Part shown: in pieces, positions 17,922 through 24,564 of the stretch
Layout of the letters: every line of letters starts with the position of its first letter
Position numbering within the stretch: the stretch's first letter is position 1
Virus record (IMG/VR): IMGVR_UViG_3300028394_000044
Coordinates: 98,300-162,299 of that record
DNA length: 64,000 bases
Strand: one strand, 5' to 3'
From: a virus
Notes under the pieces: model-generated
What the model was told of the DNA's origin: nothing
Databases searched by the model: none
What the model saw: the letters and a program-made list of their open reading frames with translations, nothing else
Translations under genes and position numbers: made by a program

Positions 17922-18485
17922 ATGCCATCAGTATTTCTCGTAAGTGACACACACTTTGGTCATGCCGGTGTATGTCGTTTCACAGATTCTAAAACAAATG
18001 AAAAGATTAGACCATGGACGGATCCAAATGAAATGGATGAAGAAATGGTCAAACGTTGGAATGAAACCGTTGGTCCAAAAGATAAAGTGTATCATCTGGG
18101 TGACGTTGTTATTAACCGTAAATCACTTAGCATTATGCATAGGCTGAATGGTGACAAAGTTCTCATCCGAGGTAACCATGATATTTTTCGTGATGATGAA
18201 TATCGAGTACACTTTCGGGAACTCCGTGCATATCACGTAATGAACGGAATGATTCTTTCTCATATTCCACTTCACCCTGAAAGTCTTGGTCGATTTGGAG
18301 TTAACATTCATGGACACCTTCATACAGGACGTGTTATGAAGGATGAAAAGATTGATACAAGGTACCATTGTGTATGTGTAGAACAAACTGATTTTACTCC
18401 TATTCTTTTTGAAAATGTTATCAAACGAATCAAAGAAGAAGGTGGTGAAGTAGGATTTAGGAACGGTAACGGTCCTACAATGTAA
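17922..18485 (+). CDS. Calcineurin-like metallophosphoesterase
   Basis: SDTHFGH, HLGD, GNHD and HGHLH. Confidence 0.9.
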   Translation: MPSVFLVSDTHFGHAGVCRFTDSKTNEKIRPWTDPNEMDEEMVKRWNETVGPKDKVYHLGDVVINRKSLSIMHRLNGDKVLIRGNHDIFRDDEYRVHFRELRAYHVMNGMILSHIPLHPESLGRFGVNIHGHLHTGRVMKDEKIDTRYHCVCVEQTDFTPILFENVIKRIKEEGGEVGFRNGNGPTM

Positions 18486-18488
18486 TTT

Positions 18489-18578
18489 GGAGAGTGGGCA
18501 GGACGGTAATGCAGTAGATTGCTAATCTATAGACTATAGTAATATGGTCACAGGGTTCGACTCCCTGACTCTCCACCA
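18489..18578 (+). tRNA. tRNA-Ser(GCT)
   Basis: GTAGA-TT GCT AA-TCTAT; long variable arm; CCA. Confidence 0.92.
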
Positions 18579-18584
18579 AAAAAT

Positions 18585-18660
18585 GTAGGTGTGACCCGAA
18601 AGGCTAGGGAACAGATTGCAAATCTGTTTTATGCAGGTTCGATTCCTGTCACCTACTCCA
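18585..18660 (+). tRNA. tRNA-Cys(GCA)
   Basis: ACAGA-TT GCA AA-TCTGT; TCCA end. Confidence 0.92.
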
Positions 18661-18768
18661 GTTGTTAAAAAACAACAACATGCAAATAGATGTTGACAAA
18701 ACCTCTGGTTGTGTTATACTCTATTCATGAGTTGAGAAATCAACATGTTCTTTAAAAATTTGTAGAGT
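18661..18768 (+). promoter_or_regulatory. GTTG-N8-CAAC palindrome plus tRNA operon promoter P2 with boxA-like leader
   Basis: TTGACA 18693; TATACT 18715; TGTTCTTTAAAAATTTGTAGAGT at 18746. Confidence 0.75.
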
Positions 18769-18775
18769 TTAATTT

Positions 18776-18850
18776 ACTCCGTTCGTCTATCGGTTAGGAC
18801 ACCGGGTTTTCAACCCGATAAGACCAGTTCGATTCTGGTACGGAGTACCA
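18776..18850 (+). tRNA. tRNA-Glu(TTC)
   Basis: Cloverleaf; TT TTC AA loop; CCA. Confidence 0.9.
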
Positions 18851-18967
18851 TATTAAAACATATTACAGGTTGGGCAGTATTCGCGGTGCTGCTATTTGGG
18901 TATTATGAACTAGATAATTACTAGCATCGATACTAAGATACGTAGTATGTTTTAATATGGTAGAAAT

Positions 18968-19042
18968 GCCTTGGTAGCTTAATGGTAAAGCAGGCGACTC
19001 ATAATCGCTTGAGTGGGAGTTCAATTCTCTCTCAAGGCACCA
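18968..19042 (+). tRNA. tRNA-Ile2(CAT)
   Basis: GGCGA-CT CAT AA-TCGCT anticodon arm as in bacterial lysidine tRNA-Ile2. Confidence 0.85.
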
Positions 19043-19048
19043 AGATTC

Positions 19049-19123
19049 GGGGGTATAACTTAACGGCTAAAGTATCTGGCTTTTAACCAGGTAATCCGAG
19101 TTCGATTCTCGGTACCCCTACCA
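19049..19123 (+). tRNA. tRNA-Lys(TTT)
   Basis: CT TTT AA loop; CCA. Confidence 0.92.
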
Positions 19124-19134
19124 AAACAATTTTA

Positions 19135-19216
19135 GGAGATGATGCTCTAATGGTAGGGCAGCGGACTGTAACTCCGTGGCTTCGGCAAGTAGGTTCGATT
19201 CCTACCATCTCCACCA
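19135..19216 (+). tRNA. tRNA-Tyr(GTA)
   Basis: GCGGA-CT GTA AC-TCCGT; variable arm; CCA. Confidence 0.92.
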
Positions 19217-19289
19217 AGCCGAACAGTGTAGCAATACACTCAATGTTTGTTAGTTTTAATGGGTACGTATAGAAACTATCACAAATTTA

Positions 19290-19364
19290 GGTGCGTTCAT
19301 ATAATGGTCATTATCTCGGATTGTCTATCCGAAGACGGGGGTTCGATTCCCCCACGCATCGCCA
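19290..19364 (+). tRNA. tRNA-Asp(GTC)
   Basis: TCGGA-TT GTC TA-TCCGA; GCCA. Confidence 0.92.
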
Positions 19365-19366
19365 AT

Positions 19367-19445
19367 TTTGTGGCAAGGAAAGTAAAAGGAGAATGGGCAA
19401 CGAAAAGGATTTGAAGCCTTTAGTGGATACCTCACCTGCCATAAA
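19367..19445 (+). ncRNA. Candidate small structured RNA between tRNAs
   Basis: Closing stem TTTGTGGCA/TGCCATAAA with internal hairpins. Confidence 0.35.
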
Positions 19446-19455
19446 TTTTTATTAT

Positions 19456-19531
19456 TCCCCAATAGCTCAGTTGGTAGAGCGTTCCGCTGTTAACGGAAAT
19501 GTCGGTGGGTCGGAGCCATCTTGGGGAGCCA
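19456..19531 (+). tRNA. tRNA-Asn(GTT), atypical T-loop
   Basis: TTCCG-CT GTT AA-CGGAA; T-loop reads GTCGGAG. Confidence 0.85.
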
Positions 19532-19534
19532 AAT

Positions 19535-19745
19535 TTTGTAAGTGTCAGCAAGTGAAGTCACGCTATTCAGTATTCTTCAAAGGTACTGTATAGTAGAAGG
19601 TTTTGGGTTCAACTCCCACCCGCGGGGAACTGCGGAGGTCTGTAAAGGAGACAAACTGGATGAATCCCAAGTGACGTACCGAGTCCCGGCCGGCTTAATT
19701 ACACGGGTGAATGGTTGCTATAACGATGGGGCAACAACTTACAAA
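19535..19745 (+). ncRNA. Unidentified multi-branched structured RNA (about 210 nt)
   Basis: Terminal stem TTTGTAAGT/ACTTACAAA; GTCAC/GTGAC; several GC-rich hairpins. Confidence 0.65.
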
Positions 19746-19754
19746 TTCAACATT

Positions 19755-19830
19755 GCCCCGGTGACGGAATGGTATACGTGTTGGTCTTAGAAACCAAATT
19801 TTAGGAGTTCGAGTCTCCTCTGGGGCACCA
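19755..19830 (+). tRNA. tRNA-Leu(TAG), short variable arm
   Basis: TTGGT-CT TAG AA-ACCAA; ACCA. Confidence 0.9.
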
Positions 19831-19884
19831 AATATCGCCGTGACTGGTGGCGTACAATGAGATAAGTAATCAGTTAACCAAATT

Positions 19885-19960
19885 TGGGCTGTTAGTGATA
19901 ATGGTAGCACAGTGGCTTTGCAAGCCTCGGGCAGGAGTTCGATTCTCCTACGGTCCACCA
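19885..19960 (+). tRNA. tRNA-Ala(TGC)
   Basis: G3:U70 pair; TT TGC AA loop. Confidence 0.9.
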
Positions 19961-19966
19961 AATTTA

Positions 19967-20041
19967 GCTCTTAAAGCATTGCTGGCGATGCACGGGTCTT
20001 GTAAGCCTGAGAATACAGTTCGATTCTGTATGAGAGCACCA
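19967..20041 (+). tRNA. tRNA-Thr(TGT)
   Basis: CT TGT AA loop; CCA. Confidence 0.9.
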
Positions 20042-20048
20042 AGTTTTT

Positions 20049-20122
20049 CTCCGATTAGTGAAATGGCATCACCCGTGGTTTGGGACCATGAAGCGCAAGT
20101 TCGATTCTTGCATCGGAGACCA
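20049..20122 (+). tRNA. tRNA-Pro(TGG)
   Basis: C1:G72; TT TGG GA loop; ACCA. Confidence 0.9.
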
Positions 20123-20130
20123 GTTTTTAT

Positions 20131-20201
20131 TGCGGGTATTCAGGGTATCGGTAAGTCTCATAAGCTCTACCTAGTGGGTTCGAATCCCACACCCGCTACC
20201 A
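20131..20201 (+). tRNA. Atypical initiator-like tRNA-Met(CAT)
   Basis: T1:T72 mismatch; CT CAT AA loop; good T arm; reduced D arm; 71 nt. Confidence 0.6.
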
Positions 20202-20206
20202 GTTTT

Positions 20207-20281
20207 GGTGATATAGTTCAATGGTAGAACACCACCTTCATACGGTGACTGTTGGGAGTTCAAGTCTCTCTATCACCACCA
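20207..20281 (+). tRNA. tRNA-Met(CAT), elongator
   Basis: CACC-TT CAT AC-GGTG; ACCA. Confidence 0.85.
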
Positions 20282-20286
20282 AATAT

Positions 20287-20364
20287 GCGTCCTTAGTTCA
20301 ACTGGATAGAGCACCGGGCTACGAACCCGTGAGGTTGGGAGTTCGAATCTCTCAGGACGCACCA
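20287..20364 (+). tRNA. tRNA-Arg(ACG)
   Basis: CGGG-CT ACG AA-CCCG; CCA. Confidence 0.92.
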
Positions 20365-20365
20365 A

Positions 20366-20590
20366 GACCCGTCAGAGTAACGTCTGGCTACTGTGACACG
20401 CAGGAAGTGAAGTGAGTTCGTTACTCAAGTGTGGTACTACTCTTACCGAAGTAGCGTTGGCAATACGAGAATTCTTTTTGGTTGGGAAGCGGGTGGAAGG
20501 TGTGTGTTACAAGGCGTTGAACCGAACGGGGAGCCGAAGTAACAACGGTGCGAGCTGACACACTAAATTACCGCCGCAGAAAGAAAGCAT
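20366..20590 (+). ncRNA. Unidentified structured RNA (about 225 nt)
   Basis: Nested stems GCTAC/GTAGC, TTCTTT/AAAGAA, GTGTGT/ACACAC and GTTAC/GTAAC; GC-rich. Confidence 0.6.
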
Positions 20591-20593
20591 TAT

Positions 20594-20669
20594 ACCCTAA
20601 TAGCTCAGCGGTAGCAGCACCGTCTTGATAAGGCGTAGGTCGGTGGTTCGAATCCACCTTAGGGTACCA
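20594..20669 (+). tRNA. tRNA-Ile(GAT)
   Basis: TT GAT AA loop; ACCA. Confidence 0.92.
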
Positions 20670-20701
20670 GATTGCACAGTAGTTCTCAAGACTGATGTTA
20701 T

Positions 20702-20709
20702 TATAAATA
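20702..20709 (+). promoter_or_regulatory. T4-type late promoter
   Basis: TATAAATA upstream of the HNH gene. Confidence 0.7.
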
Positions 20710-20726
20710 TCCATAAAGGAGATTGT

Positions 20727-21077
20727 ATGAAGACAATTACATCAGGAAAAAACTACCAAGGATTATTAAAGTTTAATAAGAGTAGAAAATTTCCAACAGA
20801 AGATATTCTTGTTGAAAACTCAAGTTATGCTAGACATAACTTAAAAAGAAGAATATTGGAAGAAAAATTAATTCAATATAAATGTGCATGTTGTAATCTT
20901 GATAATGAATGGAATGATAAGCCAATTGTTTTACAATTGGATCATATTAACGGTGTAAACAATGACCATAGATTGGAAAATTTAAGGTTTCTTTGTCCAA
21001 ATTGCCATTCACAACAAGACACATATGCAGCTAAAAATAGGTTTAATCCGAAAAGAAAACCTAAAAAATATGTATAA
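20727..21077 (+). CDS. HNH endonuclease (possibly homing)
   Basis: CACC..LQLDHINGVNNDHRLENLRFLCPNCH; AAGGAG RBS. Confidence 0.9.
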   Translation: MKTITSGKNYQGLLKFNKSRKFPTEDILVENSSYARHNLKRRILEEKLIQYKCACCNLDNEWNDKPIVLQLDHINGVNNDHRLENLRFLCPNCHSQQDTYAAKNRFNPKRKPKKYV

Positions 21078-21078
21078 A

Positions 21079-21152
21079 ATCTCCGTAGTGTAATGGCAGC
21101 ATAAGGATCTCCAAAATCTTTGGTGGGAGTTCGAATCTCTCCGGGGATGCCA
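21079..21152 (+). tRNA. tRNA-Trp(CCA)
   Basis: AGGAT-CT CCA AA-ATCTT; GCCA. Confidence 0.9.
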
Positions 21153-21172
21153 AGTTTTTAAAGGTTATCAAT

Positions 21173-21661
21173 ATGAAAAAATTCGATATAAACGAAGTCA
21201 AAGAATTCCTTGCAAAACAAGGACCAAACACCAAAGTATATCTTGGTGCTGACTCTGAAAGAATCAGAGTGAATGAAGTTTGGTATGCTGACTACGCTTT
21301 AGCTGTTGTAGTTCATATTGATGGATGTCATGGCTGTAAGATTTTTGGTTTTGTTGACCGTGAATTAGATTACGACCATAAGAAAAGTAAACCTGCTATG
21401 CGTCTAATGACAGAAGTGTATAAGGTTTCGGAATTGTTTCAATCATTACAAGATGTGTTGGAAGATTATCATGTTGAAGTCCATTTGGATTTAAATAAAT
21501 CAGATGAGTTCGGTAGTTCTTGTGTTGTTCAGCAAGCGATTGGTTATATCAAAGGTACATGTAACATGACACCAATGGTTAAACCTGATGCGCCTGCGGC
21601 TTCATTCTGTGCAGATCGTTTAAAACGGATTTTAGCAGAACAAGAATTAGCGACTACATAA
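21173..21661 (+). CDS. RNase H-like YkuK (DUF458) family protein
   Basis: YLGADS, EVHLDLN and KPDAPAASFCAD. Confidence 0.8.
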   Translation: MKKFDINEVKEFLAKQGPNTKVYLGADSERIRVNEVWYADYALAVVVHIDGCHGCKIFGFVDRELDYDHKKSKPAMRLMTEVYKVSELFQSLQDVLEDYHVEVHLDLNKSDEFGSSCVVQQAIGYIKGTCNMTPMVKPDAPAASFCADRLKRILAEQELATT

Positions 21662-21667
21662 TATTAT

Positions 21668-21741
21668 GCGGGATTAGTTTAGTGGTAAAACGTCATCCTT
21701 CCAAGTTGAAGTTGCGAGTTCGATTCTCGCATCCCGCTCCA
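21668..21741 (+). tRNA. tRNA-Gly(TCC)
   Basis: GCGGG acceptor; CT TCC AA loop; TCCA. Confidence 0.9.
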
Positions 21742-21821
21742 TATACAAACACATTTTGATGCCTATAAGATTGTAGATTTGATCGCCTACGATACGGTGC
21801 GTGATGAGTGTGTTTCTATAT

Positions 21822-21895
21822 GCGGGTATGATGTAAAGGTAGCCTGTGACCTTGCCAAGGTTAGTGTGAGAGTTCGATTCTCTCTACCCGCTCCA
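21822..21895 (+). tRNA. tRNA-Gly(GCC)
   Basis: TGACC-TT GCC AA-GGTTA; TCCA. Confidence 0.9.
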
Positions 21896-21916
21896 ATCAA
21901 TTAAAGGTGGTTCATT

Positions 21917-22525
21917 ATGGTTATTGTTCCTGTTTTTGCAACAAATATTTTTATGACAGAGTTAAAACCTGAAGACTATGAATTGGTCCAGGAAGAATTG
22001 CAAAGAGTGTATGATGATAATACACAAAATAAATTATTTAATGATCCGTGGAATAACGGACGTATGAGATTAAGTCACAATGCATTTGAAGGTGATATTA
22101 TAAAAAAATATGACCTCAAAAATTTCAAACGAGTTCTGACTGATGCTGTTGCTTTCTTAAATGAAGATGGTAAAGTTAGAGCGTTTAATGTTGTGAATTC
22201 TTGGATGACAAGCCTGAAAAAAGGCATGTATGCTCATAATCATCAACATATTGCCCCGTATGGTTCGCATATTTCTGGTGTCTATTACTTTAAAACGGCA
22301 GAAGACGATTCACCAATTGTTTTTGAGAATCCAAATTTGTCTAATGTTTGTTTTAGTCCAGCATTAGGTTCTGAAGAAACACTATCATGTAAACCTATTC
22401 AAGGACACTTGCTGATGTTCCCATCTTGGTTGAGACACTATATTGAAACTCAACTTGATGACCGAGAAAGAGTTAGTGTTTCTTTTACTTTAGGTCTAGA
22501 AAATCCATATCTCGATAAATGGTAA
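21917..22525 (+). CDS. 2OG-Fe(II) oxygenase (TIGR02466-like)
   Basis: HNHQH, ISGVYY, FPSWLRH and RVSVSF. Confidence 0.85.
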   Translation: MVIVPVFATNIFMTELKPEDYELVQEELQRVYDDNTQNKLFNDPWNNGRMRLSHNAFEGDIIKKYDLKNFKRVLTDAVAFLNEDGKVRAFNVVNSWMTSLKKGMYAHNHQHIAPYGSHISGVYYFKTAEDDSPIVFENPNLSNVCFSPALGSEETLSCKPIQGHLLMFPSWLRHYIETQLDDRERVSVSFTLGLENPYLDKW

Positions 22526-22529
22526 TTAT

Positions 22530-22604
22530 GGAGTTGTTAGTTTAGTGGTAAAACCGCGGGTTGTGATTCCGCTATCACGGGTTCGATTCCCGTACTTCTC
22601 CCCA
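22530..22604 (+). tRNA. tRNA-His(GTG)
   Basis: G-1:C73; TT GTG AT loop. Confidence 0.88.
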
Positions 22605-22607
22605 AGC

Positions 22608-22682
22608 GCCTTGTTAACTCAGCGGTAGAGTGTCTCCCTTACAAGGAGAAGGTCGGCGGTTCGATCCCGTCACAAGGTACCA
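22608..22682 (+). tRNA. tRNA-Val(TAC)
   Basis: TCTCC-CT TAC AA-GGAGA; ACCA. Confidence 0.92.
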
Positions 22683-22686
22683 ATTT

Positions 22687-22760
22687 GCTCCCATAGTACA
22701 GTGATAGTACACGCCCTTGGTACGGGTGAGACCTGAGTTTGATTCTCGGTGAGAGCACCA
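22687..22760 (+). tRNA. tRNA-Thr(GGT)
   Basis: CGCCC-TT GGT AC-GGGTG; ACCA. Confidence 0.88.
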
Positions 22761-22765
22761 ATTTA

Positions 22766-22841
22766 GCAACTTTAGCTGATGTGGTCATAGCGGTGGTCTG
22801 AAGAACCATTGAAGTAGGTTCGATTCCTACAGGTTGCACCA
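22766..22841 (+). tRNA. tRNA-Phe(GAA)
   Basis: GTGGT-CT GAA GA-ACCAT; ACCA. Confidence 0.9.
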
Positions 22842-22848
22842 AAATTCT

Positions 22849-22924
22849 GCGGATATAGCGCAAAGGTAGAGGCAAGGGACTTAAAATCCCTCAAGTCTGG
22901 GTTCGAATCCCAGTATCCGCACCA
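22849..22924 (+). tRNA. tRNA-Leu(TAA), short variable arm
   Basis: AGGGA-CT TAA AA-TCCCT; ACCA. Confidence 0.9.
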
Positions 22925-22927
22925 TAT

Positions 22928-23004
22928 GCCCTTGTAGCCCAATTGGTAGAGGCAATGGATTCAAAATCCATTCAGTGTCGGTTCGAATCTGACCAAGGGT
23001 ACCA
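22928..23004 (+). tRNA. tRNA-Leu(CAA), short variable arm
   Basis: ATGGA-TT CAA AA-TCCAT; ACCA. Confidence 0.9.
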
Positions 23005-23010
23005 CACAAT

Positions 23011-23085
23011 GTCTCTATAGTTCAACGGACAGAATAGGGACCTCCTAAGTCCCGGATACAGGTTCGATTCCTGTTGGAGACACCA
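23011..23085 (+). tRNA. tRNA-Arg(CCT)
   Basis: GGGAC-CT CCT AA-GTCCC; ACCA. Confidence 0.92.
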
Positions 23086-23130
23086 AATGGTAAACATGTA
23101 AATAATATATTAACTCTACAAATTTTTTAT

Positions 23131-23205
23131 CTGGCGTTCGTTCAATGGATAGGACAAGATTCTTCTAAAGTCTTTATAGAGGTTCGATTCCTCTACGCCG
23201 GACCA
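23131..23205 (+). tRNA. tRNA-Arg(TCT)
   Basis: AGATT-CT TCT AA-AGTCT; ACCA. Confidence 0.9.
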
Positions 23206-23894
23206 CCAATATAATATTTTTTTAAAACGGCATCAACTAAACTATCGATACTGTTTACGATTTGCACGCCATTACATTCGACTTCTCTAATCGCTAATGG
23301 TATCTCTGTGCAACCTAATACAATAGATTTTGCACCACGCTCTATTAAACTTTGTATTACAATCATCAATATTGAATGTGCTTGATCTATATTTCCACCC
23401 TTGATTAAATCTATTGCATGTTGAACTAGTGTGTCCATTTCTACTATAGAAGGCACAATACAATCCCATCCAAATTTATTCAACATGTATTGATACAACC
23501 CGAATTCGATTGTGCTTTGGGTTCCTATAATTCCTATGGTTGTATTACTGATGCCTATGGAATTTAATGTATCTGCAACACTATCTACAATGTGTATAAT
23601 GGGAACCTCTAATTTAATTAGTTCCTGATACCAAAAATGTGCGGTGTTACATGGTATGACTATTAAATCACAACCTGTAAATTTCAATGCTTGTACACCT
23701 TCTATCAAGTAGGGTAATGGCTCATCATTGCCTTTTCGCATACTTGTGCTACGGTCTGGAATTCTTGGTTCATTCCAAAGAACAAATGGAATATGATCTT
23801 GATCTTTATTAGCAGGAGTTTTTTTAATTAATCTAGTTATAAACTCTGCACTTGCTGCTGGACCCATTCCACCCAAAACTCCCAACTTTTTCAT
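23193..23894 (-). CDS. Aspartate/glutamate racemase family (PLP-independent)
   Basis: MKKLGVLGGMGP; both catalytic cysteines present (IPCNTAH, LGCTEIP). Confidence 0.93.
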   Translation of the reverse strand: MKKLGVLGGMGPAASAEFITRLIKKTPANKDQDHIPFVLWNEPRIPDRSTSMRKGNDEPLPYLIEGVQALKFTGCDLIVIPCNTAHFWYQELIKLEVPIIHIVDSVADTLNSIGISNTTIGIIGTQSTIEFGLYQYMLNKFGWDCIVPSIVEMDTLVQHAIDLIKGGNIDQAHSILMIVIQSLIERGAKSIVLGCTEIPLAIREVECNGVQIVNSIDSLVDAVLKKYYIGGPA

Positions 23895-23955
23895 AACAGT
23901 ACAACCAGTAAAATAATTATTATGATGACACAGAATATAACAGAAGGAAGTCTCA

Positions 23956-24564
23956 TCATTTTTTAAATAATAAACTACTAGCAACATGCATCACAGCTTG
24001 CTCATTAGCAACCTCATCTGGGTCAGGTTTTGATTTCCATCCAACTGAAATTTGTCCAATAAATGTACCGGGTTCCGCAGGTACACTTATACGACACATA
24101 TATTTTACGCCTCTTTCAACATAAACGAATCCCATAAAACTTTGAGGTGTTAGGTAATCTTGACATGGTACTTTTCCTGACATCATTGAAATCACATCAT
24201 TATTATTGTCGTAATTTTTAGTCAGTAGACCAACATCTGTGCCATAGTAATCTTTTTCAATTCCACCGCTGCGAGTAGTAAAATAAACTAGCTTGCGCGT
24301 GTTTAATATTGTATTGACTTGAAATACTGCAATCAATTCCGCTTGGCTATATTTCAATATAAAATTTGAGGCTTTTTCATACTCTCCGTTCATATGCGGT
24401 AATGCTTTTTCGGCACGATAACTTGCCATAAATGCATCTTTTTCGGAATATAAAAACCAACCACCGAATCCAAATACACATAAAATTATAACCGCAAATA
24501 GGCGAAATGGACTCTCGCCTATCCAAGTCAATAAACTAAGAAGTATTTCCTTAGCTTTGTCCAC
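23956..24564 (-). CDS. Single-TM protein with GAF-like periplasmic domain, T4 holin T-like
   Basis: Amphipathic N-terminus, one TMD, C-terminal YMCRISVP..FIGQISVGW resembling the T4 T periplasmic domain. Confidence 0.5.
   Translation of the reverse strand: MDKAKEILLSLLTWIGESPFRLFAVIILCVFGFGGWFLYSEKDAFMASYRAEKALPHMNGEYEKASNFILKYSQAELIAVFQVNTILNTRKLVYFTTRSGGIEKDYYGTDVGLLTKNYDNNNDVISMMSGKVPCQDYLTPQSFMGFVYVERGVKYMCRISVPAEPGTFIGQISVGWKSKPDPDEVANEQAVMHVASSLLFKK

Noticed and set aside
19535-19745. RNase P RNA (GAAGTC and CCGGCTTA resemble the P4 strands)
   Set aside because: GTCAC pairs better with the internal GTGAC and other conserved RNase P regions are not evident; left as an unknown RNA pending an Infernal search
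19831-19882. Additional tRNA ending in ACCA
   Set aside because: Too short and has no T arm or cloverleaf
19291-20415. ORF-track proteins at 19291, 19542, 19695, 19847 and 20221
   Set aside because: They overlap clear tRNAs or structured RNAs and lack an RBS or protein motifs
22639-22875. Minus-strand 78-aa ORF
   Set aside because: Antisense translation of tRNA genes
23895-23987. N-terminal extension of the racemase from the ORF track
   Set aside because: The family-typical start MKKLGVLGGMGP is at 23894; the extension overlaps the upstream gene
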